DNA of 64,000 bases from a bacterium (lineage in GTDB: Bacteria > Chloroflexota > Dormibacteria > Aeolococcales > Bog-877), in NCBI GenBank assembly GCA_021816695.1, contig JAKAXE010000001.1, forward strand, positions 2,769-66,768, given 5' to 3'. Position 1 is the stretch's first letter; each line of letters opens with the position of its first letter. This document shows, piece by piece, positions 9,024-17,699 of this stretch. The notes beneath the pieces were generated by a model. It was given only the letters and a program-made list of their open reading frames with translations. It did not search any database and was not told the origin of the DNA. The position numbers and the translations under genes are program-made.

Positions 9024-9521
9024 GTGGAAGATCGCGGTCCGGAGAGCCCAGAGGAGCCGAGCCCGCAGGAGGAGAGCCTCCCGGAGTTCATGAACCCCGA
9101 GTCGGAGCACTACCAACCCTGGGCGGACAAGCAGATCTTCAACGCCTCCAAGGACAAGCGGCCGCTTCAGGAGTTCCTCCTGGAGTTCGAGCAGCGGCTG
9201 CAGGAGGCTGGCCCGGTGGGGGAGCCGGTCTGGGAGCCGGGCCGCAACCAGCGGCTGCTGGCTCGGTTCGATCCCCGGCCCGCCGAGCCCCGCCACAAGT
9301 CGCGCCGCCGCCGGCGCCCGGCGGGCCGCACGGCGGCGCCTAGCCCGGCGGCCGGACCGAATCCGGCTCGACAGTCCCGCTCCCGCCCCCCCCGCCCCGC
9401 GGGCCCGCCCGCAGGGGCCGCGAGCTCCCCGGCGGGCGGCGCACCCAGGCGGCGTCGGCGCCGGCGCCGTGGGGGAGGCGGTGGCGGCACGCCGGGAGGG
9501 ACCGCCCCGGGCGGAGGATGA
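9024..9521 (+). CDS. Hypothetical protein: acidic N-terminal half, Arg/Pro/Gly-rich basic tail
   Basis: 165 aa with strong third-position GC bias in the first ~90 codons. The tail contains RRRRR and RRRRRRR runs. No family recognised. An alternative ATG lies at 9091. Confidence 0.55.
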   Translation: MEDRGPESPEEPSPQEESLPEFMNPESEHYQPWADKQIFNASKDKRPLQEFLLEFEQRLQEAGPVGEPVWEPGRNQRLLARFDPRPAEPRHKSRRRRRPAGRTAAPSPAAGPNPARQSRSRPPRPAGPPAGAASSPAGGAPRRRRRRRRGGGGGGTPGGTAPGGG

Positions 9522-10261
9522 GGCGCCCGCAGCCCCGTGCCGTGGCCTTCGACTTCGGCAACACCCTGGTGGAAATCGGCTACCCCGCGGCTGGGTTGCG
9601 GGCGGCGGGGTTGGAGTTGCGTGAACGTCTCCAGCTGGTCCAACTCCCTCTGCCGGCCGAGGAGCTGGGGCCAGCGGTTGACGCCAGGGTGGACCACCTG
9701 ATCGCGGCCGCCCATAGGCGCCGACCCCTCCGCGAGGTGGAGATAGAGGGCATGTATACCCGGGCGCTGAGTCATGTCCTGCGCCGCCGGCTCCCGGCCG
9801 AGGCGGGGGAGATCGCCTGCGAGTTGCTCCAACCACCCTGGGCGGAGGTGGTGTCGGTGCGGCCGGGGGTGCTGCGGGCACTTTCCGGGCTGCGGGCGGA
9901 GGGCATCAAGGTGGGGCTCCTCTCCAACGCGCCCTACCCGCCGAAGGTGCTCCACGGAATCCTCCGCCGGCTACGGCTCGCGCCCCTTCTCGACGACGCC
10001 ATGTTCAGCAGCGAGTTCGGCTTCCGCAAGCCCTCTCCCGCCGCCTTCCAGCTCCTCCTCGACCGGCTGGGAATGGAGGCGGCCGACACCTGGTTCGTGG
10101 GAGACGAGTGGCGGGCCGACATCCAAGGCGCGGCCCGAGCCGGCATGCTCCCCCTGGTGGCCCCAGGGGCGCCACCAGTACCAGACCCTGCCGTGCGCCA
10201 GCTACGGTCGTTCGCGGAACTCCGCGAGCTCATCCGCTACCCCCCGGGGGTGGTTGCCTGA
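9518..10261 (+). CDS. HAD-superfamily hydrolase (subfamily IA-like)
   Basis: 'VAFDFGNTLVE', 'GLLSNAP', 'KPSPAAFQLLLDRLG' and 'WFVGDEWRADIQGA' are HAD motifs I-IV. The ATGA overlaps the upstream stop. Confidence 0.8.
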   Translation: MRRPQPRAVAFDFGNTLVEIGYPAAGLRAAGLELRERLQLVQLPLPAEELGPAVDARVDHLIAAAHRRRPLREVEIEGMYTRALSHVLRRRLPAEAGEIACELLQPPWAEVVSVRPGVLRALSGLRAEGIKVGLLSNAPYPPKVLHGILRRLRLAPLLDDAMFSSEFGFRKPSPAAFQLLLDRLGMEAADTWFVGDEWRADIQGAARAGMLPLVAPGAPPVPDPAVRQLRSFAELRELIRYPPGVVA

Positions 10262-10372
10262 CGGAGCGGGCCGCCAGATCGCGACGGACGTTTCCTAGAC
10301 GGCCCTCGGGCGCTAGTACCATCAGCGCTCCAGCGCAGGTTCGAACAGCTCCGGCGTGCTTCGCCAGACCGC

Positions 10373-10801
10373 TCAGGGGACCCGCAGGGAGCCGTCCTCG
10401 TTGAAGTCGAAGGCGCCGAAGGCAACCTCCCAGAGGTAGCCGTCCGGGTCAGTGAAGTAGCCGCTGTAGCCGCCCCAATCCGTGTCGGCCGCCGCTTTCA
10501 CAATCTGACCCCCTGCCGCTTGCGCCCGCTGGAGCAGCTCGTCCACCTGGTGGCGCTGGCGCACGTTGTGGGCGAGCGTGATGCCGGGGAACTTGGAACG
10601 GGGAACGTCCCAACCCGGCCCGACGTCCGCCGCCAGCTCGGAGTACGGGAAGAGCTCCAGCGTCACTCCTGAGGTCTGAAAGAAGACGATCCCATCCTCC
10701 GGCCTCCGGGTGGTCGGGAGCCCCAGTCCGTCCCGGTAGAAGCGGAAGGAGCGCTCCAGGTCGGAGACGCCCAGCGCGATCAGCGAGATCCGGGGTTCCA
10801 C
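10373..10801 (-). CDS. VOC / glyoxalase-bleomycin resistance family protein
   Basis: 142 aa with 'ISLIALGVSDLERSFRFYRDGLGL' and a C-terminal 'YFTDPDGYLWEV'. Confidence 0.85.
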   Translation of the reverse strand: MEPRISLIALGVSDLERSFRFYRDGLGLPTTRRPEDGIVFFQTSGVTLELFPYSELAADVGPGWDVPRSKFPGITLAHNVRQRHQVDELLQRAQAAGGQIVKAAADTDWGGYSGYFTDPDGYLWEVAFGAFDFNEDGSLRVP

Positions 10802-10807
10802 GCCGGC

Positions 10808-10813
10808 AGTGTA
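10808..10813 (-). promoter_or_regulatory. Candidate -10 hexamer TACACT (minus strand), 6 nt upstream of the GTG at 10801 (leaderless)
   Basis: TANNNT at leaderless spacing, in a 65-bp divergent intergenic region shared with proS. Confidence 0.35.
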
Positions 10814-10852
10814 GGGACCCGGGGCGGGCCGAGTTCGCGCGCCGACTGCCGG

Positions 10853-10858
10853 TAAACT
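10853..10858 (+). promoter_or_regulatory. Candidate -10 hexamer TAAACT, 8 nt upstream of the proS ATG (leaderless)
   Basis: TANNNT at leaderless spacing, with no Shine-Dalgarno sequence. Confidence 0.35.
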
Positions 10859-10866
10859 GGCGGCAA

Positions 10867-12663
10867 ATGAGGGTGAGCCAGCTCTTCGGCGCGACCCTGA
10901 GAGCGGCGCCTTCCGACGAGCTCTTCTCCCATCAGCTGCTCCTGCGCGCCGGCTACCTGCAGCAGCTGGCAGCCGGGATCTTCAGCCTTCTCCCCCTGGG
11001 GGCGCGCTCCCAGGAGCGGATCCGGCGGATCCTGCGCGAGGAGCTGGACGCCATCGGAGGACAGGAGGTCTCCATGCCCGTGGTCCAGCCGGCGGACCTC
11101 TGGCAGCGCTCGGGGCGGTGGCAGGGGGTCGACGAGACCCTGGTGCGCTTCCAGGATCGGCGCGGCCGGGAGATGGTGGTGGCCATGACCCACGAGGAGG
11201 TGGTGGCCGACCTGACGGCCAGCCAGGTCAGCTCCTACCGGGACCTGCCCCGGATCGTCTACCAGATCCAGACCAAATTCCGGGACGAGCCCCGCCCGCG
11301 GGCCGGGCTGATCCGTACCCGGGAGTTCTGGATGAAGGACTCCTACTCCCTGGACCGGGATTCGGCAGGGCTGCGCGCCGCCTACCGCAAGCACTTCCAC
11401 GCCTACTTCCGCATTGCGGCGCGGGCGGGCCTTCCGGTGGCGGCGGTGCTCAGCGACGTGGGGATGATGGGCGGCAAGGTCGCCCATGAGTTCATGTACC
11501 TCTCAGACCAGGGGGAGGACACGCTGCTGCTCTGCCCCCGCTGCGGGTACGCCGCCAACCAGGAGGTGGCGGAGCGACTGGAGAGCCCGCCCGAGGACTC
11601 CCCGGAGCTGCCCCTCGAGGAGGTGGCGACCCCAGGCTGCACCACCGTGGCCGAGGTTGCGGCCGCCCTACAGGTGGAGCTGTCCAGGGTGGCCAAGGCG
11701 GTGGGCTATGTCGCCGAGATGGAGCGTGGCGGGGAGGGACGGGTGGTCCTGGCGGTGGTCCCCGGGGACCGGGAGGTGAACCTCGCCCGCCTCCGCCAGG
11801 CCACCTCCGCGGTGGAGCTCCGGGCGGCGACTGCCGAGGAGCTGGCACAGGTGGGCGCGGTGGCCGGCTACATGTCGCCGCGGGGCCTGGACCGGGCCGC
11901 CGTCACGGTGGTGGCCGACTCCAGCCTCCGGGGCCGCCGCAACCTGGTGGCGGGCGCCAACCGGGAGGGATGGCACCTGCGCAACTTCAACCTGGCGCGG
12001 GATGGCCAGGTGGACCAGGAGCTGCCGCTGGCGGCCACCGTAGGGGGTGACCCCTGTCCCAGCTGCGGCGGGCCGCTGGACCTCCGGCGCGGCATCGAGT
12101 ACGGCAACATCTTCCAGCTCGGCACCCGGTACAGCGAGGCGCTGGGGGCCATGTACACGGATGAGGAGGGGCACCAGCGGCCGGTGGTCATGGGCTCGTA
12201 CGGCATCGGCCTGGGGCGTCTTCTGGCCTGCGTCGCCGAGGAGCACCACGACGAGCGCGGGCTGGCGCTGCCGGTCTCCATCGCACCCTTCCAGGTGGCG
12301 CTGGTGCAGGTGGGCGCCGAGCCGGCCGTCACCGAGGCGGCACAGCGCCTCTACCGCGAACTGGAGCGGGCCGGGGTCGAGACCCTCTACGACGACCGGG
12401 ACGTGAGCGCCGGGATCAAGTTCGCGGACTCCGACCTGCGCGGGATGCCCCTGCGGGTCACCGTCTCGCCGAGAACGTTGCAACGTGAGTCCGTGGAGCT
12501 GAAGCGCCGGCTCGGCGAGGCCCGGGACGTCCCCCTCGCCGGTGCCGAGAGGGCGGTGCAGGCGGAGCTGGCCGCGCTCTGGCGAGAGCTCGACGACTAT
12601 GTGAAGGAACGGATGGCGGGAGTTGAGGAGCTTGCCGAGCGAACCTTCGGCCCCGCCGGCTGA
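10867..12663 (+). CDS. proS: Prolyl-tRNA synthetase, bacterial type with editing (INS) domain
   Basis: 598 aa. N-terminus 'MRVSQLFGATLRAAPSDELFSHQLLLRAGYLQQLAAGIFSLLPLG', class II motifs ('FRDEPRPRAGLIRTREF'), and a C-terminal anticodon-binding domain. Confidence 0.97.
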   Translation: MRVSQLFGATLRAAPSDELFSHQLLLRAGYLQQLAAGIFSLLPLGARSQERIRRILREELDAIGGQEVSMPVVQPADLWQRSGRWQGVDETLVRFQDRRGREMVVAMTHEEVVADLTASQVSSYRDLPRIVYQIQTKFRDEPRPRAGLIRTREFWMKDSYSLDRDSAGLRAAYRKHFHAYFRIAARAGLPVAAVLSDVGMMGGKVAHEFMYLSDQGEDTLLLCPRCGYAANQEVAERLESPPEDSPELPLEEVATPGCTTVAEVAAALQVELSRVAKAVGYVAEMERGGEGRVVLAVVPGDREVNLARLRQATSAVELRAATAEELAQVGAVAGYMSPRGLDRAAVTVVADSSLRGRRNLVAGANREGWHLRNFNLARDGQVDQELPLAATVGGDPCPSCGGPLDLRRGIEYGNIFQLGTRYSEALGAMYTDEEGHQRPVVMGSYGIGLGRLLACVAEEHHDERGLALPVSIAPFQVALVQVGAEPAVTEAAQRLYRELERAGVETLYDDRDVSAGIKFADSDLRGMPLRVTVSPRTLQRESVELKRRLGEARDVPLAGAERAVQAELAALWRELDDYVKERMAGVEELAERTFGPAG

Positions 12664-12679
12664 GCGAAGGGAGGGCGGC

Positions 12680-13924
12680 GTGGCCACGGAGCGGAGCATC
12701 CTCCACGTCGATCTGGACGCCTTCTTCGTCTCCTGCGAGCTGCTCCGCCGACCGGAGCTGACCGGCCGCCCGGTGGTGGTGGCGGGGGGCGCCGAATTCC
12801 ACCCCGGGGAACCGCATCGTCCCGGCCGGGCGGTGGTGAGTGCCGCGTCCTACGAGGCCCGGGCGTTCGGGGTCCGCTCGGCGCTCCCCCTCTCGGTGGC
12901 GCTGCGCCAGTGTCCCCGGCTGGTGGTCCTCCCGGTGGACATCGCCCACTACGCTGCACTGTCCAAGCAGGTATTCGCTGTGTTCCGCGACTACACCCCC
13001 CTGGTGGAGCCGGGGTCTCTCGACGAGGCCTACCTGGACGTGACCGGGTCCAGGCTCCTGGCGGGCGACGGCCCCACCATCGCCACCAACATCCAGCAGA
13101 GGCTCAGCTCCGAGCTCGGTCTGCCCTGCTCCGTGGGCGTCGCCACCTGCAAGACGGTGGCCAAGGTGGCGTCCGACCTGCGCAAGCCCAGGGGGCTGGT
13201 GGTGGTCCCGCCAGGCGAGGAGGCGGAGTTCCTCGCCCCCCTGCCTCTGGAGCGGCTGCCCGGCGCCGGGCCCAAGAGCGTTGAGAGGCTGAGGCTCCTG
13301 GGCGCGCGGACGATCGGGGATCTGGCCGGGCTCGACCACAAGGCTCTGCTGGCCGCCCTCGGGTCCCAGGGGGCGCCGCTCCAGGCCCGCGCCCGGGGCC
13401 ACGACCCCAGCCCGGTGGTTCCCCCTGGCTTGCCTCGCTCGATCAGCCGGGAGCGGACTTTCGAGGTGGACCTGACCTCGGTCGACGAGGCCCAGCGGAT
13501 GGTGCGGCAGATGGCCTTCGCTGTGGCGGGCCGCCTTCGCGCCCAAGGGCTGCTGGCTGGGACCGTCATCCTCAAGATCCGCTTCCAAGACTTCCGAACC
13601 CTGACCCGCCAAACGGCCCTGGCCGCTCCCACCAGCCTGGACCTGCAGCTATCCCGGTCCGCCCGGGAGCTGCTGGAGGCGGTGTACGAGCCCGGCATCC
13701 GGCTCCTCGGCGTTGGGGCCGGGAGGCTCCAGGAGGGAGAGGAGGCCGGGCTCTTCCCGACCGACGAGTCCCGAGCGGCGCGGCTGGACCAGGCTCTGGA
13801 CCGGCTACGCTCGCAGTTCGGGGCCGAGACGATCACCCGAGGGGTCGGGGACCTGGGACGGGTTTCGGACTGGAACCGGGACCACCTCCGAGAGCTCGGC
13901 CCCCAGCCCCGGCCGGAGAGGTGA
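12680..13924 (+). CDS. dinB: DNA polymerase IV (Y-family)
   Basis: 'ILHVDLDAFFVSCE', 'SLDEAYLDVT', 'VGVATCKTVAKVASDLRKP' and 'LPLERLPGAGPKS'. The GTG at 12680 lies just after the proS stop; the track ORF's earlier start overlaps proS. Confidence 0.93.
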   Translation: MATERSILHVDLDAFFVSCELLRRPELTGRPVVVAGGAEFHPGEPHRPGRAVVSAASYEARAFGVRSALPLSVALRQCPRLVVLPVDIAHYAALSKQVFAVFRDYTPLVEPGSLDEAYLDVTGSRLLAGDGPTIATNIQQRLSSELGLPCSVGVATCKTVAKVASDLRKPRGLVVVPPGEEAEFLAPLPLERLPGAGPKSVERLRLLGARTIGDLAGLDHKALLAALGSQGAPLQARARGHDPSPVVPPGLPRSISRERTFEVDLTSVDEAQRMVRQMAFAVAGRLRAQGLLAGTVILKIRFQDFRTLTRQTALAAPTSLDLQLSRSARELLEAVYEPGIRLLGVGAGRLQEGEEAGLFPTDESRAARLDQALDRLRSQFGAETITRGVGDLGRVSDWNRDHLRELGPQPRPER

Positions 13925-14217
13925 CCCGCCTTATCATCGGGCGGTTGGATTCCAAGACCGACGTCCTGGGCTGGGAGATCGAGCGCGGGGGCCAGATGGC
14001 AATCGTGCGCGAGGACGGTGACGTGCGCTCCGACGACCCCTCGCTGGCCGAGTACCTCCGCGCCCGGCTGCTCGAGCCCGTGACGGTGCCTCGCCCCGCC
14101 CGGGACCACCCCCTGAGGCTGCTCCCGGGGGACGGCCGGTACGTGGCGGCCAGGGTCCGGTCCCTGCGGCGGGAGGACAGCGAGCTGACCGTGGTCGGCA
14201 TCGTCTGGAACCCATGA
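13921..14217 (+). CDS. Hypothetical protein (98 aa), translationally coupled between dinB and the Nudix gene
   Basis: High third-position GC. GTGA overlaps the dinB stop and ATGA overlaps the next start. No family recognised. Confidence 0.6.
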   Translation: MTRLIIGRLDSKTDVLGWEIERGGQMAIVREDGDVRSDDPSLAEYLRARLLEPVTVPRPARDHPLRLLPGDGRYVAARVRSLRREDSELTVVGIVWNP

Positions 14218-14717
14218 GGGTGGACTACCGCTTCTGCCCGGCCTGCGGATCCCGCCTCCTCCCTCGCGAGGTGGAGGGGAGGTGGCTCCCGGGCTGCCCG
14301 GCCTGTGACTTCGTGGCCTGGCCCGACCCCAAGGTGGCGGTGGCCGTGCTCGCCCACGATGGTCACGGTCAGCTCCTGCTCATCCGCCGGGGCACCCCGC
14401 CCGCCCAGGGCGAGTGGGCGCTGCCCGGAGGGTATGTGGACGCCCAGGAGACCCCCACGGAAGCCGCCCGCCGCGAGCTGCTCGAGGAGACCGGGCTGGA
14501 GCTGGAGGTGGAGCGGCTGGAGGGGGTGCACCACGTTCCGGTGGGGGACGGGGGCGGGCTCCTGGTCCTCGCCTACGTGGGCCGGCTCAGCGGAGGGAAG
14601 GGTAGGACGACCCCGGAGGCGCTGGAGCTGGCCATGGTCGACCCCGCCAGGTCACCCGAGCTGGGCTTCTCCGCCCATCGCGAGGCGCTGGCCGGCTGGC
14701 GAGCCCAAGGCGGCTGA
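14214..14717 (+). CDS. Nudix hydrolase with N-terminal zinc ribbon
   Basis: 'CPACGSRL...CPACDF' followed by the Nudix box 'GGYVDAQETPTEAARRELLEETGL'. Confidence 0.85.
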   Translation: MRVDYRFCPACGSRLLPREVEGRWLPGCPACDFVAWPDPKVAVAVLAHDGHGQLLLIRRGTPPAQGEWALPGGYVDAQETPTEAARRELLEETGLELEVERLEGVHHVPVGDGGGLLVLAYVGRLSGGKGRTTPEALELAMVDPARSPELGFSAHREALAGWRAQGG

Positions 14718-14718
14718 G

Positions 14719-15345
14719 TTGTTCTCCTTCATACGGCGCAGCTGCCTCGGGGGTTGCCTGGGCTGCCTCCTGCCCCTGCTGGTGGTGGCGGCCATCGTCC
14801 TGTATGGCGTTCACCAGATGCTGGCGGCACCAGCCTTCGCTCCCGTCCAGCCTGCCGGCCCGGCGGCGGTCCAGCTGGCGGTGGCCAGCGGGGTGGAGTC
14901 GGCTCTGGCGGCCCAGCAGCCGGTGGCATTGATCCAGCTCACCGACTCCGAGGCGACCAGCCTGCTTCAGCAGAGCCTGCCCGGGTACGTGGGCCTGGGG
15001 AGCCTCGAGGTCCACTCCGTCGGGGGGCAGATCGTGGTGAGCGGGGAGACCGCGATCCTGGGCCACACCATCGTCGTCAGCGGGCCCGTGGAGCTTAAAT
15101 CCGGAGGGGGTACGGTGGTCGCCATGTCCTTCAAGGGTCTCTCGATCGGGCAGCTCGGTCTTCCCAAGCTGATCCCGGAGCTGCTCACCCACGGTCTGAG
15201 CCCCCAGTTCAACCTCGCGCTGGTCGCTGAGGGACGTGATGTCTCCTTCGCCTGTGCCGCCGCTCCGCCGGGCCGGGTGGTGGTGGGCGTGTACTACAGC
15301 TCCTCCCATCCGCCCGCGGCCGCGTACTGCCAGGGGGCGCGCTGA
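14719..15345 (+). CDS. Membrane-anchored hypothetical protein (possibly DUF2993/LmeA-like)
   Basis: An N-terminal TM 'CLLPLLVVAAIVLYGV' is followed by beta-rich repeats 'LEVHSVGGQIVVSGE...IVVSGPVELKSGGG'. The TTG start is tentative. This frame upstream of 14719 is a shadow of the Nudix gene. Confidence 0.5.
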   Translation: MFSFIRRSCLGGCLGCLLPLLVVAAIVLYGVHQMLAAPAFAPVQPAGPAAVQLAVASGVESALAAQQPVALIQLTDSEATSLLQQSLPGYVGLGSLEVHSVGGQIVVSGETAILGHTIVVSGPVELKSGGGTVVAMSFKGLSIGQLGLPKLIPELLTHGLSPQFNLALVAEGRDVSFACAAAPPGRVVVGVYYSSSHPPAAAYCQGAR

Positions 15346-15854
15346 TGCTCCCGGAGGGAACTCACCGGCTCACCCACCTGGATGAGCGGGGCCGGGCCCG
15401 CATGGTCGATGTCGGTGACCGCCCGGTGTCCCGCCGGGAGGCGACCGCCGAGGGGATGGTGCGCATCAGCGCCGAGGCCGCCGAGGCGGTGGCAACGGGC
15501 CAGTTGACCAAGGGGGACGTACTGGCGGTGGCCCGGCTGGCCGGGATCATGGGGGCCAAGAGGACCCCGGAGCTGATCCCGCTCTGCCACCCGGTGGCGC
15601 TTCGGCATGTGGATGTGGAGGCGGAGCTCGATCGTGATGCGCCGGCCATCCGGCTCCGGGCCCGGGCCCGCTGCGAGGACGCCACCGGGGTGGAAATGGA
15701 GGCTCTCACCGCTGTCGCCGTGGCCGCGCTCACCGTGATCGACATGCTGAAGAGCGTGGATCCGTGGGCGCGGGTGGACGGGGTGCAGCTGGTGGCCAAG
15801 AGCGGGGGGCGGTCCGGGGCGGTGACCAGGCCGGAGGATGCCAACGCCGGCTGA
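15345..15854 (+). CDS. moaC: Cyclic pyranopterin monophosphate synthase
   Basis: 'LTHLDERGRARMVDVGDRPVSRREATAEG', 'KGDVLAVARLAGIMGAKRTPELIPLCHP' and 'VEMEALTAVAVAALTVIDM'. Confidence 0.93.
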   Translation: MLPEGTHRLTHLDERGRARMVDVGDRPVSRREATAEGMVRISAEAAEAVATGQLTKGDVLAVARLAGIMGAKRTPELIPLCHPVALRHVDVEAELDRDAPAIRLRARARCEDATGVEMEALTAVAVAALTVIDMLKSVDPWARVDGVQLVAKSGGRSGAVTRPEDANAG

Positions 15855-17619
15855 CCCTCCCCGGGACGACCGTGAGCTGCGCGAGCTGCTCTTCCTGCAA
15901 CAGCTGGCGCTGGCCGCCGCCTCCACCATGTCCCGCGACCGCCTCCTGGAGCTGGTGATCGGCCAGACCACCGGCGCGATGGATGCCGACGTCTGCGCCC
16001 TGTACCTGCAGGACGAGGCTCGCGGCGGGCTGGTCCTCACCGCCACCAACGGGCTGAACCAAGCCGCGCTGGGACGGGTCGTGATGCCCCTGGGAGAGGG
16101 GATAACTGGGGCTGTGGCCGCCTCGCGGCAGCCACTGGCCGTCCCCGAGGTGGCCCGGGACCCGCGCTTCAAGTGGGTGGAGGGAGTGGATGAGGCGCGC
16201 TTCACCTCCATGCTCTCGGTCCCCATCGAGGCGGGGCCTCGGATGGTGGGGGTCCTGAACGTGCAGACGGTGGCGCGGCGGGAGTTCCGACCCGAGGAGG
16301 TCGCCTTCCTTTCGGCGATCGCCGGGGCGATCGCCGGCGTCCTGGAGCGCAGCGAGCTCCAGCGCCGCCTCGAGGAGCAGCTGGAGGAGGTCCGCCTGGC
16401 CCAGGTCACCCACGAGCGGTTCACCGAGCTGGTGCTCACCGGAGCGGGGCTGGCCCGGATCGTGGATGCCATCTCGGGGCTGGCGGGCGGCGCGGTGGGC
16501 GTCTACGACCCCCTGGGGTTCCGGCTGGAGCATGGTCTGGGGCGGGGGCCGGGCCCCCGCCGGCTCCAGCTTCCGGCGCAGCTGACGGCCGGGGCCGAGG
16601 GACCGGTGGCGGTCCATCACGGCAGGCCACCGCAGCAGCTGACCCTTACCCCGGTCCGGGCCGGCTCCGAGCTGGTTGCGGTCCTCGCCCTGGAGGGCGA
16701 CCTCGGCGGCTCCGCCTCCCGGCGGCGCGCCCTGGAGCAGGGCGCCACGGTCGTGGCCCTGGAACTCCTCAAGGAGCGGGCCGCCGCCGAGGTGGAGCGG
16801 CGGCTGCGAGGCGACCTGATCGAGGGGCTGGTCACCGCCGGGGGGGACCCCGAGGAGGCGAGGCGGCTGGCCCAGAGGGCCGAGAGGCTGGGCTTTCGGA
16901 TTCCGGCCCAGGCCTGGTTGCTGCTCCTGGAGCCGGATGACGAGCGCTCCGCCACCGCCCTCCAGTCGGGACCCCTCCAGGAGCGCCTCTCCCGCGACCT
17001 CGTCGAGTTCTGCCGCCCCCGCTACCCCGGGGCGGTGGTGGCCTCCCGGGGGGCCGCCACCCTGGTGCTGGTTCCGGCGGAGGCCCCGAGCCGTGATCCG
17101 GGGCGCCCCCCGCTCCCGGAAGTGGAGGAGCTGGGGCGAGGAATCTCGCAGCTGGTGGGCGGTCTGGACCGCCGGCTCAGCGTCTCGGTGGGGATCGGCA
17201 ACCTGAGTGCTGGGGCGGACGAGCTACCTCGCGCCTACGAGGAGGCCCGGCAGGCGTTGCGGCTGTCGCGCCGAGGCGGGCGGGGCCGGCTGGTGACCTC
17301 CTACCGCTCGCTGGGGGCGCTGCGCCTTCTGCTGGAGGTGCGCGACCCGGCGGCGGTGGACCGCTTCGTGGGCGAGACCTTGGGGCCACTTCTGGAGTAC
17401 TCACGGAGGCGGGGGACCCCGCTGCTGGCCACCCTGGAGGCGCTGGCCGGGGAGGGCTGGAACCAGCGGGCCGCAGCGCGCCGGCTCAAGGTGCACATCA
17501 ACACCTTGACCTACCGGGTGCAGCGCCTCGAGGCGCTGCTCCAGCTCTCCCTGGACGACCCGGAGACCCGGGTGGTCCTGCAGGTGGCACTGCAGGCCCG
17601 CACCCTCGGCCGCGCCTGA
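15838..17619 (+). CDS. GAF-domain plus PucR/CdaR-family helix-turn-helix transcriptional regulator
   Basis: N-terminal GAF ('MLSVPIEAGPRMVGVLNVQT') and a C-terminal PucR HTH ('NQRAAARRLKVHINTLTYRVQRLEALL'). Overlaps the end of moaC. Confidence 0.85.
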   Translation: MPTPADPPRDDRELRELLFLQQLALAAASTMSRDRLLELVIGQTTGAMDADVCALYLQDEARGGLVLTATNGLNQAALGRVVMPLGEGITGAVAASRQPLAVPEVARDPRFKWVEGVDEARFTSMLSVPIEAGPRMVGVLNVQTVARREFRPEEVAFLSAIAGAIAGVLERSELQRRLEEQLEEVRLAQVTHERFTELVLTGAGLARIVDAISGLAGGAVGVYDPLGFRLEHGLGRGPGPRRLQLPAQLTAGAEGPVAVHHGRPPQQLTLTPVRAGSELVAVLALEGDLGGSASRRRALEQGATVVALELLKERAAAEVERRLRGDLIEGLVTAGGDPEEARRLAQRAERLGFRIPAQAWLLLLEPDDERSATALQSGPLQERLSRDLVEFCRPRYPGAVVASRGAATLVLVPAEAPSRDPGRPPLPEVEELGRGISQLVGGLDRRLSVSVGIGNLSAGADELPRAYEEARQALRLSRRGGRGRLVTSYRSLGALRLLLEVRDPAAVDRFVGETLGPLLEYSRRRGTPLLATLEALAGEGWNQRAAARRLKVHINTLTYRVQRLEALLQLSLDDPETRVVLQVALQARTLGRA

Positions 17620-17699
17620 CCGGGGGGGCGGACGGGCCGGGTCTGCGAACATGAGGGCGTGGTAGCCCAGTTGCCGCGACGCCATGATGGTGCGGGGGT

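Noticed and set aside
10262-10372. An intrinsic terminator between the convergent HAD and VOC genes (small GCGCT-N9-AGCGC hairpin). Similar short GC palindromes follow gyrA (2380-2416) and folB (about 63565-63580).
   Set aside because: The stems are only 5 bp, there is no U-tract, and such palindromes are frequent by chance in GC-rich DNA. The evidence is not strong enough to list them as features.
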